The notes under the pieces: model-generated
What the model saw: only the letters and a program-made list of their open reading frames with translations
What the model was told of the DNA's origin: nothing
Database searches by the model: none
Shown: piece after piece, positions 62,781 to 64,000 of the stretch
Numbering within the stretch: the first letter of the stretch is position 1
How the letters are laid out: each line of letters starts with the position of its first letter
Program-made: the position numbers and the translations under genes
Source of the DNA: Raillietiella orientalis
Lineage: Eukaryota
NCBI GenBank assembly: GCA_036172245.1
Contig: JAYWIR010000038.1
Location: 1,302,001-1,366,000, forward strand
Length of the DNA: 64,000 nucleotides
Direction: 5' to 3'

Positions 62781-63154
62781 ACCCCTCCCTTCTCTCGCAC
62801 CATCTTCCCAGAATCGTCCCTCCGGCAGGTAGGACCCCGACCAACCCGGAAGCGGGTCGGAAGGGGCAGGGGTGCCCTTCCAAGGGGCACAAACACCCCC
62901 TTTGACGACGGTCTTGCCCCAGGAATCCCCTCCTAGGAGTGCGCGATTTTCCGGAGAGCATCCGGGAGTGAGCTCCTCTCTGGTCAGGGTCGTATTGGGA
63001 TGAATTCGGCGAGCGAGGGAACCGCCGCCGTACTTGCAGCCGCGGGCCGGAGTTTGCCCTCCAGCCTGCTCGCTTGCGATGCGAGCAGGAAAAGAACCCG
63101 CGGCGACCTACGCTCTGGGTGATCCACTGCCACAGAGAAGCCGTCGGGAACGAG

Positions 63155-63708
63155 GGAGACCCGAAGGCGCCCGCGTCCCGCGCTGAGGACGGATGGAGCG
63201 GTCGCCGGGATTCGGGGAACGCGCGGCGGATTCCGGTTACGTGAGGAGGGAGGGAGGATAGGAAGGGAATTCTTCCTTTCCCGAGGGAGTGCCGGGACGC
63301 GAAAAGCAAATCGGAAGGACTCCCTGCCAGACCCGCACCCTGGAGGCGCCGGCCCACTGCTGCGGAGGGAGAGGCGCTTCCTTGCGTTCGTCTCCGGGCC
63401 ACCCGACCCAGAGAAGCATCTGCAGGAGTCCGACGGAGGGAATTCCAAGCGTCCTCTCTTCGTGAAGGAAGACCGGGGTGCGAGGTCGAGGAGGCGAGGA
63501 ATCCAGGTGACGCGAGGGATGGACGCCAGCGGACTCCGGGAACAGAAGAGAGCCGGAGGCGCCCGAGTTCCGCGCAGAAGGCGGATGGAGCGATCGCCGG
63601 GATTCAAGGAGGGCGTGGTGGATTCCCGGTTGCATGTGGAGGAAGGGAGGGGAGAGGAAGAGGAATTCTTCCCTTCCGGAGGGAGCGCCGGGACGCGACA
63701 GGAGAATC
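63155..63708 (+). repeat. Two diverged direct copies of a ~160 bp unit (63155-63312 and 63548-63708)
   Basis: Shared aggcgcccg, cggatggagcgNtcgccgggattc, ggaattcttcc and gagggagYgccgggacgcga at an offset of ~395 bp. Confidence 0.85.
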
Positions 63709-64000
63709 CTAACGGGGTAGCGCTCCCTCTGGACTGCGGCGACGGGCCGTTGCCTTGCGAGGGCGTGCACCGGGCAGCGCGCACGGTCTTGGGCGGGGAA
63801 TCCGAGTTCCCAAATTGGAGGGAGGGCTGAACACGTCGAAGGAGGCCGGGTCTCCATGGAGGCCGGTCGTCTGACCGCGCGCCCGTGGCGTCCGCGACCG
63901 ACCGAAGGTCGGACCTCGGTTCTTCGTCGTCGCTCACCCGCACGGTGCGCTCCCGGTCACCAGGGAACGGCGAGGGCGTCCCTACGCGTCCACAGCGTCT

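Noticed and set aside
1..64000. CRISPR array or prokaryotic defence/operon system
   Set aside because: No regularly spaced short direct repeats and no gene-dense architecture; the sequence is eukaryotic repeat-rich DNA.

Overview
This is GC-rich, CpG-undepleted eukaryotic DNA, most likely from an invertebrate animal; the taxon cannot be fixed from the sequence. I found no intact protein-coding gene, rRNA, true tRNA, CRISPR array or prokaryotic operon. The many ORFs in the track are best explained by GC-richness and repeats. The window is mostly layered, decayed retroelements: (1) several heavily eroded L1/Tx1-type LINE remnants, recognised by ordered zinc-knuckle, endonuclease, RT and CCHC motif relics; (2) older RTE-like, CRE-like and I-like LINE scraps; (3) about 12 copies of a long (~0.7-0.85 kb) tRNA-headed SINE family with a B-box and a conserved 3' stem-loop; (4) smaller dispersed repeats and microsatellites. 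Repeat-poor islands carry homeodomain, Pbx-Meis, Sox and CTCF-like motifs, suggesting an intergenic or intronic regulatory landscape. The most striking structure is a ~1.13 kb near-identical inverted repeat (7453-8587 vs 14621-15746) around a 6 kb spacer. Its boundaries fall inside otherwise diverged SINE copies, pointing to recent gene conversion or an invertible segment. Other highlights are an unidentified strongly codon-biased gene fragment (4349-4879) and a perfect 15-bp hairpin (11080-11114). No novel multi-gene system is demonstrated. All element boundaries and identities are by-eye estimates.
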